This document shows positions 35,769-50,150 of a stretch of 64,000 nucleotides of DNA, piece after piece. The DNA is from Zygnema circumcarinatum SAG 698-1b. Taxonomy: Eukaryota; Plantae; Zygnematophyceae. The notes under the pieces were generated by a model, which was not told the origin of the DNA, made no database searches, and saw only the letters and a list, made by a program, of their open reading frames with translations. A program made the translations under genes and the position numbers. The stretch's first letter is position 1. Each line of letters opens with the position of its first letter. The stretch spans positions 930,001-994,000 of the forward strand of contig CM074812.1 in NCBI GenBank assembly GCA_037447605.1. The letters run 5' to 3'.

Positions 35769-37169
35769 ATTTTATATTTATGTCATCATCTATTTCAAAC
35801 GATAAGACAATACAATCATTGGCTGTATCAGACATCGTTCATTGACAATCAACATAAAAAAAAAGGGAGGTTAGACATGTACCGTGATGAAGTGACAGGA
35901 ATTGACGTAGCTTCACAGAACAGAAACCAACGACGTCCAAGCCGAAGTAAACGCAAATAAACAACGAACAAAACTAGTTGTCAAGTCACATCAAATAGAG
36001 AAGTCGTAACAATAGATACTGCAACGGCTACCTTATACCCTCTAACGACACAGTACGTTGAAGCTCATCTTAATTTAACTAACAAAACAACCGTTTTGGA
36101 CGTTGTCAACCGAACCACTTCTAATCTAGCCTGTCCATAATTAGACAAGAAATTACGGTTGTCAAACACATAACGGTACAAACATCCCGTTTCGGGCATG
36201 GTCAATCGACAACCGCAATTCTGCGATTACGAAAGACGTACAAAAAGGACCAGTCCAAATACAGCCGTTTCGTCCAATTACGGTGACGACGACGATTGAC
36301 ATACCGATTACCATCAGGTTATAGATCATTTGACCGTCAGGTCACTTTCGTCATTTTCCGGCGGCCTCCGTACAGCCAATCGCCAGTCAATTGTCGGAAA
36401 AAGGAAAGTTACGAAAATCAGCAGGCCAACCGGTCGACTGCGCGTCGCATCTGCGCGTCGCATCTGCGCGTCGTGTTCGCGTGTCGCATGAACAATGTCG
36501 CCGGTGTCGCACGCGCGCGTCGCGCGGGCGCGACACTTCTAGTCCACCCGCCGAACGCGGTAAACCCGCTAGATGCTTTTAGCGGTGACACACGACGGTG
36601 ATCTGGCGAACCGCCACGGGCTAGCAACAGCCACGCGGCGTCTCGCCACTGGCCAGCCCTTCTTCATGGTTAGTGTTCCGCCTTTTGNNNNNNNNNNTGT
36701 CGCTGCGGTTTCTCTGCCGTTCTGCTGCTGCAACAACTGCTGCATTTCTTCCTACCAGAGAAACCGAAATGACCGACAAATAATGATTGGTGGAGGAGGA
36801 GGAGGAAAGAGGAAGGAGGAGGAAGGAACATGGAGTGTGGTGAAAGGGAGAATGGTGGAAGGGCGAAGGAAGAAAAAGGAGAGGGTGTTGAGGAAGGAGG
36901 AGGAGGAAGGAGGGTGTTGAGGAGGAAGGCGGAGGAAGGAACATGGAGTGTGGTGAGAGGGAGAATGGTGGAAGGGCGAAGGAAGAAGTTGAAGAGGGTG
37001 TTGAAGAAGGATGAGGTGATGAACTAACAAGCCACGGTCGAGCGGCCAGCCCGTCGGCGAGCCCTGTGAGCCCTGTCTGCCAATCAGCCAATCCAGAAGT
37101 CAGCAGCTGTCTGCGAGCCAGCCGGCCAGCGAGCCAGTCCAGTGAAGTTGCTTGCGTTTTTTTCATTTT

Positions 37170-38360
<1,191 letters not shown>

Positions 38361-39084
38361 ATTTGCAGCGACTTTTACAACAAAAAAAAAAACAAAATCA
38401 ACTACTATATACAACATGAGGCCACATGTTGTAATACTCAGGTTGCATTATGTTTTCTTTTTATCCACATACAGATGAAGCAGAATGAGGCCTCATTCGT
38501 CGGCGCAGCTTTGTGTGTGGTTTTTTTTTGGCTTTTTTTCCCATTTTAGGGCTATGTGGTAGACTTACCATAACAGCATTCTAAAAATACACTAGATGTA
38601 CGCAATGTGGCAAATTCCGAACTGCAGATAAGATATAATTAGTTTTGTTGGTTTACTGGTAACATTTAGATCATTTTTTATTTTTGTTAAAAAGCCACAT
38701 ACAAACTGCGAAACAGAATGAGGCCTCATTCTGTTTTCGCAGTTTGTGTGTGGTTTTTTTTTGGTTTTTTTCCCATTTTAGGGCTACGTGGCAACACCTG
38801 ACTGGATAAAAGACATTCAAAAACACACTACATTTCCAAGGTGGCAATTCTTGACTGGAGAACTATATACCGCCTCCCTTTTTTGGTTATCCCGCCCTGC
38901 TTTTCTCAATCTATCTTTCCATTTTGGGCTATTCTGCCTCTTTCTCATTTTGGCATTTTGGGAGGAAATTGCTCTTTTTTTTAACATCTTCTTTCCCGTG
39001 CCTCTGTCCCTCCCCGCCCTCCCTGCCCTCCCCCTCCCCTTCCCTTCCCTTCCCTTCCTCTTTCTCAGAAAGAAAGTGAAAGAG

Positions 39085-39399
39085 AGTGAGAGAGAGAGAG
39101 AGCAGAGTGAGAGCAGAGGAGAGGGACTACAGGAGAGAGCAAAGGAGAAAGAAGAGAGAGAGAGAGAGAGAGAGCAAAGGAGAGAGAGAATGAGGAGAGG
39201 AAAGAGCAAAGGAGAGAGAGAATGAGCAGAGGAGAGAGCAAAGGAGAGAGAGAGAGTGAGTAGAGTAGGAGAGAGAGAATGAGCAGAGGAGAGAGCAAAG
39301 GAGAGAGAGAGAGTGAGTAGAGTGAGAGCAAAGGCGAAAGAGAGAATGAGCAGAGGAGAGAGAGTAGGAGAGAGAAAGACTAGAGGAGAGAGAGCAGAG

Positions 39400-39433
<34 letters not shown>

Positions 39434-39445
39434 AGAGAGAGCAAG
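39085..39445. repeat. (GA)n-derived minisatellite (unit about GAGAGAATGAGCAGAGGAGAGAGCAAAG)
   Basis: Repeated purine-rich units read directly. Confidence 0.85.
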
Positions 39446-39554
39446 CAAGCAAGCCAACCATTACATCATGACAGAGCTTCACACCCACCAAAAGAAAAAG
39501 GATAAAAAGAGAATAAAAAGTTCCTAAATATAGAAAAAATCGCAAACCGAGAGG

Positions 39555-40262
39555 AAGAAGGGAAGGGGAGGGGTGGGCAGGGGAGGGGAGGGAGGGAGGG
39601 GAGGGGAGGGAGGGAGGGAGGGGTGGGCAGGGAAGGGGAGGGAGGGAGAGGACGGGAGGAGGGCAGGGAAGGGGAGGGAGGGGAGGGGTGGGCAGGGAGG
39701 GAGGGAGGGGTGGGCAGGGAGGGAGGGAGGGGTGGGCAGGGGAGGGGAGGGAGAGGACGGGAGGGGAGGGCAGGGAAGGGGAGGGGAGGGGAGGGCAGGG
39801 GAGGGGAGGGGAGGGGAGGGGAGGGGAGGGGAGGGGAGGGGAGAGGACGGGAGGGGAGGGCAGGGAAGGGGAGGGAGGGGTGGGCAGGGGAGGGGAGGGG
39901 AGGGGTGGGCAGGGGATGGGAGGGGAGGGGTGGGCAGGGGAGGGAGGAGGGAGGGGTGGGCAGGGGAGGGGAGGGAGGGGTGGGCAGGGGAGGGAGGGAG
40001 AGGACGGAGGGGAGGGCAGGGAAGGGGAGGGAGGGGTGGGCAGGAGGGGAGGGAGGGGTGGGCAGGGAGGGGAGGGAGGGAGGGGAGGGGAGGGAGGGGT
40101 GGGCAGGGGAGGGGAGGGAGGGGTGGGCAGGAGGGGAGGGAGGTGGGCAGGGGAGGGGAGGGGAGAGGACGGGAGGGGAGGGCAGGGAAGGGGAGGGAAG
40201 GGGTGGGCAGGGAAGGGGAGGGGATGGGTGGGCAGGGGAGGGGCGGGGAGAGGACGGGAGGC
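39555..40262. repeat. G-rich minisatellite (GGGGTGGGCAGGGGAGGGGAGG)n
   Basis: Many degenerate GGGCAGGG units; G-quadruplex-prone. Confidence 0.9.
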
Positions 40263-41209
40263 GCGGGAAAGAAATATTAAAAACAGGGGGGCGATTTCCT
40301 CCCGAAATATCCAAAATGGGGGAGGGGGGCAGAATAGCCGAAATGGGAGGGTCGGATTTCAAAAAAACAGTGGCGGGATAACCAAAAAAGGGGGGGCGGT
40401 ATATAGTTCTCATTTTTGACAGGATAAGAAGTATAACAGATTCCGTTCGTGCTAACAAATAGGAATGCACCACGTGGCCACTTTCAACACTGCGCAAATA
40501 CCCTATTTACAACAATACGTCCCGTAAAACATTCAAACCAAAAACTGTCGTACATAGAAAAAGACACGTGGCAATGACAAAATCAGTACGCGATATACCC
40601 CATTTTCTACGCATTCGATCCGACGAAACGCACAACCAATCAGAACGCGCGACGTGGCAACGTCAGACTCGCGGAAATTATACCCAATTTCATTAAATTC
40701 ATCCTTCACAACCTAACCGAATCCGTACGCCACATAAAACACGCCGTCGTACGTACAAAGCAACACGTGGCAATGACATAATAAGTACGCGATCTACCCC
40801 ATTTTCGGCGCATTCGATCCAACGAAAAGAACAACCAGTAAGGACGCGCAACGTGGCAAAGTCAGACTCGCGGCAACTATACCCCATTTTCATTAAATTA
40901 ATCTTTGACAACATAATCGAACCCGTCGTACGGATCAAAACGACCGCAAAGCTTTTGCCTACGGCAACGCAAAAAAATGGCATTTAAGGCATAGAACTCG
41001 TCAGTAAGACAAGGATTCCAAAATCAGCAGTCCTTTATTCGTCCCTTAAAACGAAATATGGGACGGCCAAAAAATGTTCGGATTTAAGGGATCCGAACAG
41101 AGAGGCCCGGCGATGCTCCCCGCCGCCCCGAGCCGGTGCCGTACCGTACGGATGGTGCCGCCCGCAAGGGACGGAAGGGCAAAAAGGGCTTTATTCGCGC
41201 TAGGAAATT

Positions 41210-41872
41210 TTTAGGTGGCTGCTTCTAGCGGCTGCGTTGTGCGCCTAGGCGTAGTTTTCCGCTCCTACCTTTTATCTATTGTGCCTAGGTCCTTTGCGGC
41301 CAGTCCCTCGTGGTTCCACATGCTGCTTTTGTTCATGTACATTTGATGGCATCCATCGCCATCGTGAGTTCAATGCGATTCCTTTTTTCTGCCACTGCGC
41401 TACCGAGGAATAAGAAAAAAATTCGGAGACTGGTCGGAAAAAAAAGAAGAAAAAAGCGAAAAAAAAAAAAAAAAAAAAAAAAAGCGGTGGAATCAGCGAT
41501 TGCCGGTAATCGCTGGTTTGGAGGAGGGAGGAACACGGCATTGAACTCATGAAGGCGATGAGGCCATCAAATGGACATGGACAAAAGCAGCCTCATGGGA
41601 GAACCACGAGGAACTGGGCGCAAAGAACCTAAGGTCAAAAACGAGGAGGAGAAACGTCGAAGGCGCAATTTTAGAGTGGGTTGTTTAGATAGTGAGAGGT
41701 ATTTTTCCAGAGAAACTAATTGGCATTAAATTCATCAGAAAAACGCAAACTTTCATTGAACTCGCGATGGCCTCGCCATCAAATTTACATGGATAAAGGC
41801 AAAATGTGGAACCACGAAGGACTGGTCACAAAGGACCGAAACACAATAAAACGAAGCTAGGAGCGGAAAACT
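41210..41872. mobile_element. Foldback/MITE-like element; right arm interrupted at 41872 and resuming at about 51453
   Basis: 41255-41378 is the diverged reverse complement of 41753-41872, with a third copy at 41537-41637. The expected continuation (tacgcctaggcgcacaacgcagcc) resembles 51454-51478 cacgctaggcataacaacgcagcc. Confidence 0.6.
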
Positions 41873-43740
41873 GTGAGAGGGGCAGAGGGATGAGAAGCAA
41901 ATTCACCTTCCACCCTTTCTCCCTCTTTCACCGGCCCATGGAAATCCCTCCCGTGCCCGGGCAGCGACTCACCTCATTTTCACTCACGCGGCATACAATG
42001 GCCAAATACCACCTAGAGGCGGAATAGAAAACGTAGGAGCAGGCCCCAGCCCAAAAACTCCTTTGGCGATGACAAAGCTTCCAACTCAAGCCCCCATAAG
42101 CCTAGTCAAGCTTTCACCACATGATCACTACACCTTCACGCCAGGCAGCCTCCTCCACACACCCGAGACCTCACAAAGGTCCACCTCCCTCGCTGCTAAA
42201 GCCATGCCTTCAAACTGCCATATATAGCCTTGCAATGCATATCAAGAAGGTTGCTAACTTTACACAATCTACCTCACTACTATATAGTAGTGGGCCGTGA
42301 CGGACTACGCCTACGTCACACTCGCTCTGACCATGCATGCAACAACCTTATTCAAACAACCTAAATAAACTACTTCGTGTCTTGCTATGCATAGTACACC
42401 CAGCCTGGCAACATACCAACACCACCGCCCTAACCCAGATGGCCATGTGTAATTCTGCATCAGCTGAGTCAACTTCCCTACCACAATTCACAAGGACCAG
42501 ATAAAGCAAAAGTAGGCCCTACCGACTCCAATCGACTTCGTTGCCTTTGCCGCCGCATCAGTCCACGATTCCGCATGCTAGACCGATTCCTCGGCGCGGT
42601 ACCAAATGTCGGACTCCCGGCCGTACTCAAGGTCCGTACCGACTGTACGGTCCGTACGGTCCATACTATCCGGTAATGGCTGCGCGCGGTGTCGGTCTCT
42701 GGCCGCCGCGCGCACGCTGCAGGAAGTCCGTCCCCATACATGTCACACCTAGAAGCACACCCCTAGAACCAAGCGCCAACACAAACATGCTAATCTCAAC
42801 TAACTATGTACACTAACATTCCCCTCTTTGGCACTTTAGTTCCCGAGAGGCCCCGTGCCCCAATGAGATCCGAATTCAACTTCGGCGTCTCACCACCGAC
42901 CGCTTCACAAGCATATCGGCCGCCGCCCTCGTTCCACCTAACTTGATAATGACAAGTCCTCTCACCTCCTCCCCGGCCTCAATGAATGGTATTGATCCGA
43001 ATGCTTGCTCCGCTTTGTGGAACACCGGATTCTATTGGGAAAGCAATAGAGGACTGGATTGCCCGCGGAAGATGTAAGGGAGCCGAGGCCGCCACACTCC
43101 CCAAAGAAGTTCCGCAGCCCACACACACTCTCGCCGCACGCAGCCGCTATATACTCGCCTGGCCGAGAGAGCCATCAAGATCAAGTAAGGTGGAATTCCA
43201 TGATGGCCCCCACCTCGTGATTCAAGAAAATTTGGTATCCAGATGTGGGTGCTGGGATGAATCCAACTCCTCCCTCAGCTGTCTCGATAGCTACGTGACT
43301 CCGGGCCGCGAAGTCCCCAAACCTCGGGAGGCCATAAACCCGCCAGCCCTTCAAACCGAAATAGCACGCTTTGACTCCTTCCCAATGCCCTCGCCGGGTT
43401 CTCTTATGAATCCGCTTGCTGTGCTTCACGCTTTCTCGTAGCGTCTGTTGCCATCAAATTGCTACGAGGCTCCCAATCGCAGATCGAGCATGGCACTCCC
43501 TCGCCATTGCTCTTGCCTCCTCTAGACGGGACATCTCCTTTCGTGTAGCCAACTCCCAAATTTCCATGGGACTTGTGCATGGCCTCGTGACCCCACATGC
43601 TGAACTTCCCGCAAATACCCTCGTGATACTTTGACAAAGGNNNNNNNNNNNNNNNNNNNNNNNNNNNNNNNNNNNNNNNNNNNNNNNNNNNNNNNNNNNN
43701 NNNNNNNNNNNNNNNNNNNNNNNNNNNNNNNNNNNNNNNN

Positions 43741-45990
43741 GGTATACTGGTGATCCTTTGTTCCTGGATGGCCAAGGTAATGGCTATAAGGACAAAGTGG
43801 TGTCTAAGGACGGATTCCGGTACCACGGTGAAGGAAGCCTGGTCGCATGAGCCGGACCACGGAGCCATTCCTGGGTGAGCCACAGGACCCCTCCGCACCG
43901 AGACTACACTGGGCGCTGCCAACCGCGAGCACCGCCTTGGAGTTCTGGCGGCCCGCAATCTCCAGCATGTGAAAAGCGTATGTACTCGTCTGTCCAACTT
44001 ACTAATCAAACAAACCCTGGAACTCAAGGATTCCTGGCCAGCCAACCCCTCACACCTCCTTTCCAAATGGGATAGTGCGGATGGGACTTGATCAGATCTT
44101 CCTGCCAGACTTCGGGGGCACTAACTCCATCCTCGCTTTGTTCGGTACACTCAGCAAGCATGTGCACTTTGTATCTACTACTAAGTGCCGGCTTGACGAG
44201 ACCCACGGTTGTATGTTGACAAAGTGTGGAGCCAGCATGGTCTTCAGTCAGAAATTGTGTCTGACCGTGATCCACGATTCACCGGCCATTTTTGGACGGA
44301 AGTGCTCAAAATCGTGGGGACCAGGCAGGCGTTCAGTAGGTGTCCATCCCGTGGAATCGATGGCGACACGGAACGGGTGAACAGGTATCTTGGAAGATTA
44401 CTCTCGGCATTACGTGGGACCTACCCGGGATGGGGGTGGGACGGCCCGCTTTGGCTGCTGGAGATGCCATCAATAATGCTTTCCATGAATTGGTACCACC
44501 CCCTTTCTTTTTAAACTTTGGCCATGTCCTCTAAATCCCGCAATCGAAGGGATCAGCCCCCATCCACAAGACTGTTGCACAAACACTCCCCATCCTCTGG
44601 CAGCTTGAGAGGACTTGATGGGACTCAACCTCCGGAGCCAGGTCTTTTGTCTGGTTAATGTTGAGGCGTGAGAAAACAGCCAGAATGGCCAGCGGCCAGC
44701 TGCGCTGAAGGCAGGTGATGCGGGTGGTCATCAGGATCTTGCAGTCTAGGATCAATCCAAGCCACTGAGTGCTACTACTGAACCTCAGTATTAAAAATAC
44801 GCTGGAACACATCAAGGTGGTCCGCTTCACAGGAGTCCCTTTAAGGTTGCTGAAGCGATCAATGATGTCGCCCTCAGGCCGGACTTTATCATTCATGTGG
44901 GACAGACATCTGCTTTCATGTGGTTAGAAGTCTCACGATGAGTGGGAGGATCGAGCCACCCACCAGCGAGCCAGGGTGAACTTGAAGATGAGCCCCATTC
45001 AAGCCCACTGCCCCTTGGCTAAATTGTTCCCCTTTGATGAGATCGTGAAATGGTTGGTATGGGGTTGAACATAGCACATGGGAAAATGAGGGCAGCTAGG
45101 AATGCCAGGAGCCCATCACTGCACTGTGAGGCTGGAGCAAAAAAGTTGGGTGAGATGATGCAGAGTTCCCCTGGCCGTCTGTGGAACTTGGAGGGGGACC
45201 TGTTGATGCGCTGACCTTCCCGACTCATGTAGGATCCATGTGTGCGCCAACATGGCTGCTGCCTCACCACCCATGATGAGGCGCCCCACTCACAGGGGGA
45301 GTAATGTATGGGCTGCCAGCATCCACCCCAAGGACTGTGTGGTTTATGTTTCCATCCAATGCATCACCTAATGGTTAGGGCATCGGATCCCCTATGGGAC
45401 GATGGAGGTCCTAGGTTCGAACCGTAAGAACTGGTTCACCCGTGGGGCCGCCACGTAGTCACGGTGGGCCCCACATCATCCCCCAACGTCCCCCCCTCAG
45501 CATAGCGGAGGATCGGGGGACAACGGCACTACGGGGACCAATCCGGTCTCGCGATTGGATCTCGGGCCGCGGCCCGGATCCCCCTTTTGGACTTCTCCGT
45601 TCGTCCGTACAATAACGGTTACCCGTTGGTACGGACAAGCTGACAGTCGGACCCCGCGCCGCGCGCGTAGGCTCCGACCGTGCACCGACGTACGGCGGCG
45701 CGCCGCCGCGGAATGCGGCGAGCACTCGTACGTTGTACACCTCTGACCCATTCGAGTCAGAGAGGTACACGTGGCAGCCCGCCATTGGACATCCGTCCAA
45801 TCCTCCATGCGAGGAGGTTCGATCGGGAAGCGCAAAAACGGTGACGCTGCGCCCAGTCGAACGACCGCATACAGTTGCACGTCACTCCGGGCCGCTCCCC
45901 ACCTCGAAGCTCTCTCTCTCCTATCCCTCTCAATCTGAACTCCGTTTTTGTTGAGTGCGGTGTGTGATTCCGCCGCAGGCGCAGAGCCGG
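43741..45990 (+). mobile_element. Decayed Gypsy, family B, plus strand (integrase remnant, PPT, 3' LTR about 45306-45990)
   Basis: Integrase-like LSKHVHFV and ERVNRYL; PPT ACAGGGGGAGTAA before TGTATGG; LTR is the reverse homolog of 46351-47087. Confidence 0.6.
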
Positions 45991-46350
45991 TTCCAGCCGC
46001 CTCACGCTCTTCCCCACATCTCCATCCTGCTTCCCTCATCTTCCGGCGCGTCACGGTGACGTGGGCCCCGACCCACGGGAGGGCCCAGCCACGGAGCCAC
46101 GGGCCCCGGTGCTGGGTGGGGAGAGGGGCGGTGTTCTCCGGGTGACCTTGGTCACCCGTGGGCTCGGGACTCGGCCCCTCCATAGGGACGGGCGTAGTCT
46201 CCGAGTTCTCCTCCATCTCCTCGTCCCGGGGGACGGGAGGTGGAGGTGGCGGCCCCGAGGGCCCCGGGTCCCCTCCGGCCCGGCGAGTGGTCACCATGAC
46301 CCACTAGGTTCTCCCAAAAGAAGAAGGCCGCAACGCGGCTCTGATACCAA

Positions 46351-47087
46351 TGTAACAGCTGAAAACTGCCTCTTCAGCCTGCGCGGAATCACACACCAGC
46401 ACTCAGCAAAACAGAGTTCAGATTGAGAGGGATTCAGAGAGAGAGAGAGAGCTTCAGAGTGGGGAGCAGCCCGGGGTGGGCGTGCAACCGTATGCCGGTA
46501 CGTTGGTCGGGGTGGACGGAGTCACCCCTGCCCTTTTTACGCTTCCCCGTCGGGCCTCTGCACCAGGACGTGAGGATTGAAGGAGGGTGGTCACTGGGTC
46601 CACGTGTCCTCTCTGACCGAATGGATCAGGAGGTACAACGCACGAATGCTCGCCGCATTCCGCGGCCGCGCCGCGACGCGACGCGCCGCCGGCATCGGCT
46701 GCACGGTCGCTCCTGACGCGCGCGGCGCGGGGTCCACTGAGATCCCCGTCCGCACCAACGGGCGCCATTGTACGGACGACCGGAGAGCTCAAAAGGGGGA
46801 TCTGGCCGCTGCCTCAGATCCATCGCGAGACCGGACTGGTCCCGGCTGCCGCCAGTCTGACCCTCCTCCACGCCAGCAGGCACCCTTGCCGGCCACGCGG
46901 GCCCATAGAGATTACGTGGCACCTGACGCGGCCAGCTCTTACGGTTCGAAGCCAGGACCTCCCTCTCGCCTGCACTAAGTATCCGATGCCTGACTGCCAG
47001 GTACTGGGCCATTGGATGGGAAACATAAAGCCACGCCGGGCTCTAAGTAACCCTTCCCCCTTGGGGTGACTGTAGCGTTTCGCTACA
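46351..47087 (-). mobile_element. Family B LTR flanked by both a PPT (about 47088-47100) and a tRNA-iMet PBS (about 46335-46349)
   Basis: Minus strand reads AGGGGGGAGTAA|TGTAGCG...TGTTACA|T TGGTATCAGAGCC, then a gag start MVTTRRAGG at 46297. Confidence 0.8.
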
Positions 47088-47099
47088 TTACTCCCCCCC

Positions 47100-50000
47100 T
47101 GTGAGAATGTGAACGCCCTCGTTCACGTGTGTGGGGTAGTAAAGGCAGCTCGTAGTTTCAACGGCACGCGTCGAACTCTACGTGATAACCGGGAGGGCTC
47201 AGCGATAATCCCGGTCAAGTCCCTTTCCGAGCTGCGCGGGGACGGCCCGGGAACCCCCCGAGCCGCCCTCGCCCGCTCTCCTGCGGCCTGCGCCTCCCAG
47301 TACAAGTTGATGAGCTCTTGGCAATTGGTCAAGTTGCCCTCGGTTTCCCATGTGCTATGTTCAACCCCATAGCCCAACCATTTCAACGAGGTACTCCGTG
47401 ATCTGGGTATCGATCCTTCTCACAACACGGTGGGCCCGAACGGTTTCAACTTCATACTCAAGTTCACCCTCAAGCTGCACTTGTGGGGGAGGGGTGGCGG
47501 GATCCTCCCCATCGCCACGCAGACTCTTTAGGAGCCCACATGAAAGACGGATGCACCTTCACGTGATGGGAAATCCGAACCTGCAGCGAACATCACCGAT
47601 CGCTTCAACACGACCTTAAAAGGTCCTATGAAACGGGGCCACAGCTTACGTGTTCCGCCATAAGCTTTGAGTCTTAAGTTCGCCGTACTCAGCAACACCT
47701 CATCGCCTTCATTGAAGGTGAGTTGGGTACGGTGACGGTCAACATAGGCCTTTTGTCGCGACCGGGCCGCTGAGGAGTGCAGAAGCCGTCATCACCACTG
47801 CTGTATGATGTGGGAGAGCAAAGTCTATTCTGTGCCTTGATCACCAAGCACTCCCAAAATAATATCAGCACGGTGGCCAGCTGTGTCAGAAGACACGTCA
47901 CTGCCCTGGAGTATGATTGGAGCTTGATCTTGAGTGTGACGCTACCAGAGATCTGGCCCTTGCGTCCGTCCCCCGAAAGTAACACTTTCCGAATGGGGAT
48001 CTGTGGTCAACTTAAACCGCTGGGTGAACGCAGAACTAACAAAGTTAGCATCTGCCCCAGTATCTAGCAGTAGAACTGCTGGGTGACCATTGGCTGATCC
48101 GATGAAGGTCATGGCACGATGGGCAAGGTGGAACATAGATCGCACTATATGCGAAGGTTGAGGACGAGTCGTCCTCCACACCAATGTGTAGGGTGAGCTG
48201 AACCAGCAAGCTTGTGGATCCTTCCATTCTCAGTGACATGTGCCTTTCCTCAACGCTCACGGGCTGAAGTGTGCCGGTAAGAGGATGACCCTCATGTGCT
48301 GAGGGGCCAGGAGACTGGAGTGAAGGACATGGCAGGTGTTTCCCATGACATGCAAAGCATCCATGGCACATTGCATGAGAACATCATCGCCCATGACATT
48401 GAGGATAAAGACATGCCAATCACCATTCATCACGACATCGATAAACCCAGAAGGAGTCACTACAGTGGCAGGGGAGAGGGAAATGGAAGAAGGGAGTACA
48501 TCAAACACAAAGAGATCTTGCACTCCCAAAGGCCTGTCCACCAAGTTAAGAATGTCCAGGGTTCTAAGAAACAAATGTCCCCTAGTCCTGGCAGCAGTTT
48601 CCATCCTTCCCCCTAACCTAGCATGTCCACCAGCAACGACCCCTAAGCTGCTGGTGGGTTGGGGTTTTCCGGCCCCTTGCCCTTCTTGTCCTTGGTGTTC
48701 AGAGGGCAATCACGGGCCTTGTGCCCCTCCTTGCGGCAGCGGAAACACTTGTTCTCCCGCTGCATCTTCTCCATTTCCTCTGGAGTCAACTTCTGCGGCC
48801 GTGCAGTGGGTGGGCGGGCAGCCACTTCCGGCGCTCCGTTGTTCTTTCCCCCGCCAGCTCTGACACAGCGTGGGGTCCCGTTCCACGACCTGCCACGCGC
48901 GGACCTCGCTGGGGTCGGGAGGGCCGTGGATCGCGTGGAGGGCGAGGATCCATGAAATGGCTGCATTGCAAGCACAGCTCAGCAATTACTTGGGGTTCAT
49001 GGCCTTCAGACTTGGTCAGCCCCCTGCAGCCCTCCCAGGTGCGGCTTCAAGCCATCCCTGAGTGGCAAAGCAACTGGTCGCTGCCAGTGCGTGAGTGGTG
49101 ATTTGGGGCATTACTTACGGAGTCCGCAGAAACCGCCTGACACGCCGGTCGATCATGTTCTGAAACTCATCCGGGCCTCCAAGCCGGGATCCAAGGCCCC
49201 AAGGTGTTTGCAGCAAGTTCATCTCTGACTCATCCCAATTCGTCCAATCTCATTAAGGCAGAGGCCCTCATACACACGGTACGCGGCTCCCTCAGTGCTG
49301 GGAAGCAAAGCTTACCCATTGCAGGGGCAGAGCTGGTCCAACAGAGAACCTTCGTCAGACTGAACGACCGCCTGCAATCGGCAACATCCCGTGCAGGATG
49401 TTCGCCCAAAGGAAAGAGGGGCCACCCTGGCCGATCCGCCTGCACCCCAGAGATGCGGGAAGCATCTCAGCACGGCATCCTCCGCCTGATGCTGCGCCAC
49501 GGGGTCCCCCACCGCGGGGCGGTCGCCACCCCCACGGAAGGCGGCTTCCCGTGGGAATGTGGGGTCGGGCTCTGCGGCCGCCTCCGGGGCTGGCTTGGGA
49601 CTGCGGACACCACGCTACTGGAAGCTGTCACCCTTCCCAGGACCTGCTGGATCCACTGCCTCTACATGAGGAGGGTTCTGGCAGCAACTGCCCATCTTCT
49701 GAGCTGCTTGTGAAAGACTCGCAACTCCATTTGAGTGGATCATTACGGCACTGCTGATCCCACCTGCCGCCCACCTTCCTTGGTGAGCTGAATGGCATTC
49801 ATGTTGCCCCCCCCACCCCCTCAGACCTCAATCCTGCTTCCTCACTTCTTGGCCTGCTCGATGGCATGCTGGCCCCATCACGGGGCAGGGCCCAGCCGAG
49901 GCTCGACGGGAGCCACGGGCTCCGGCCGGGGTGGGGGGAGCAGTGCCTGGTCCGGGTGACCTTGATCACCGCGGGCTCGGGACTCCGCCCTCCAGCAGGG

Positions 50001-50150
50001 ACGGCGGAGCTTCATTCTCCTCCACTCCCTCGCCCGGGAACGGGAGGCTGGCAGGGTGGCGGCCTCGAGCAGCCGGGTCCCCTCCGCCCGCGGCCGGTCA
50101 CGATGACCCATTAGGTTCTTCCCCAACAGAAGGGCGACGCGGCCCCCAGA
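47100..50150 (-). mobile_element. Internally deleted Gypsy: gag (zinc knuckle) - protease - [RT/RNase H/integrase core missing] - GPF motif - chromodomain
   Basis: CFRCRKEGHKARDCP (about 48700-48760); LLDTGADANFVS (about 48040-48080); frameshifted KLWPRFIGPFKV (about 47610-47650); KWLGYGVEHSTWETEGNLTNC (47123-47386). Confidence 0.8.

Noticed and set aside
48257-48709. ORFs between gag and protease as an extra Gypsy gene
   Set aside because: No recognisable motif; consistent with a frameshifted gag-pro spacer.
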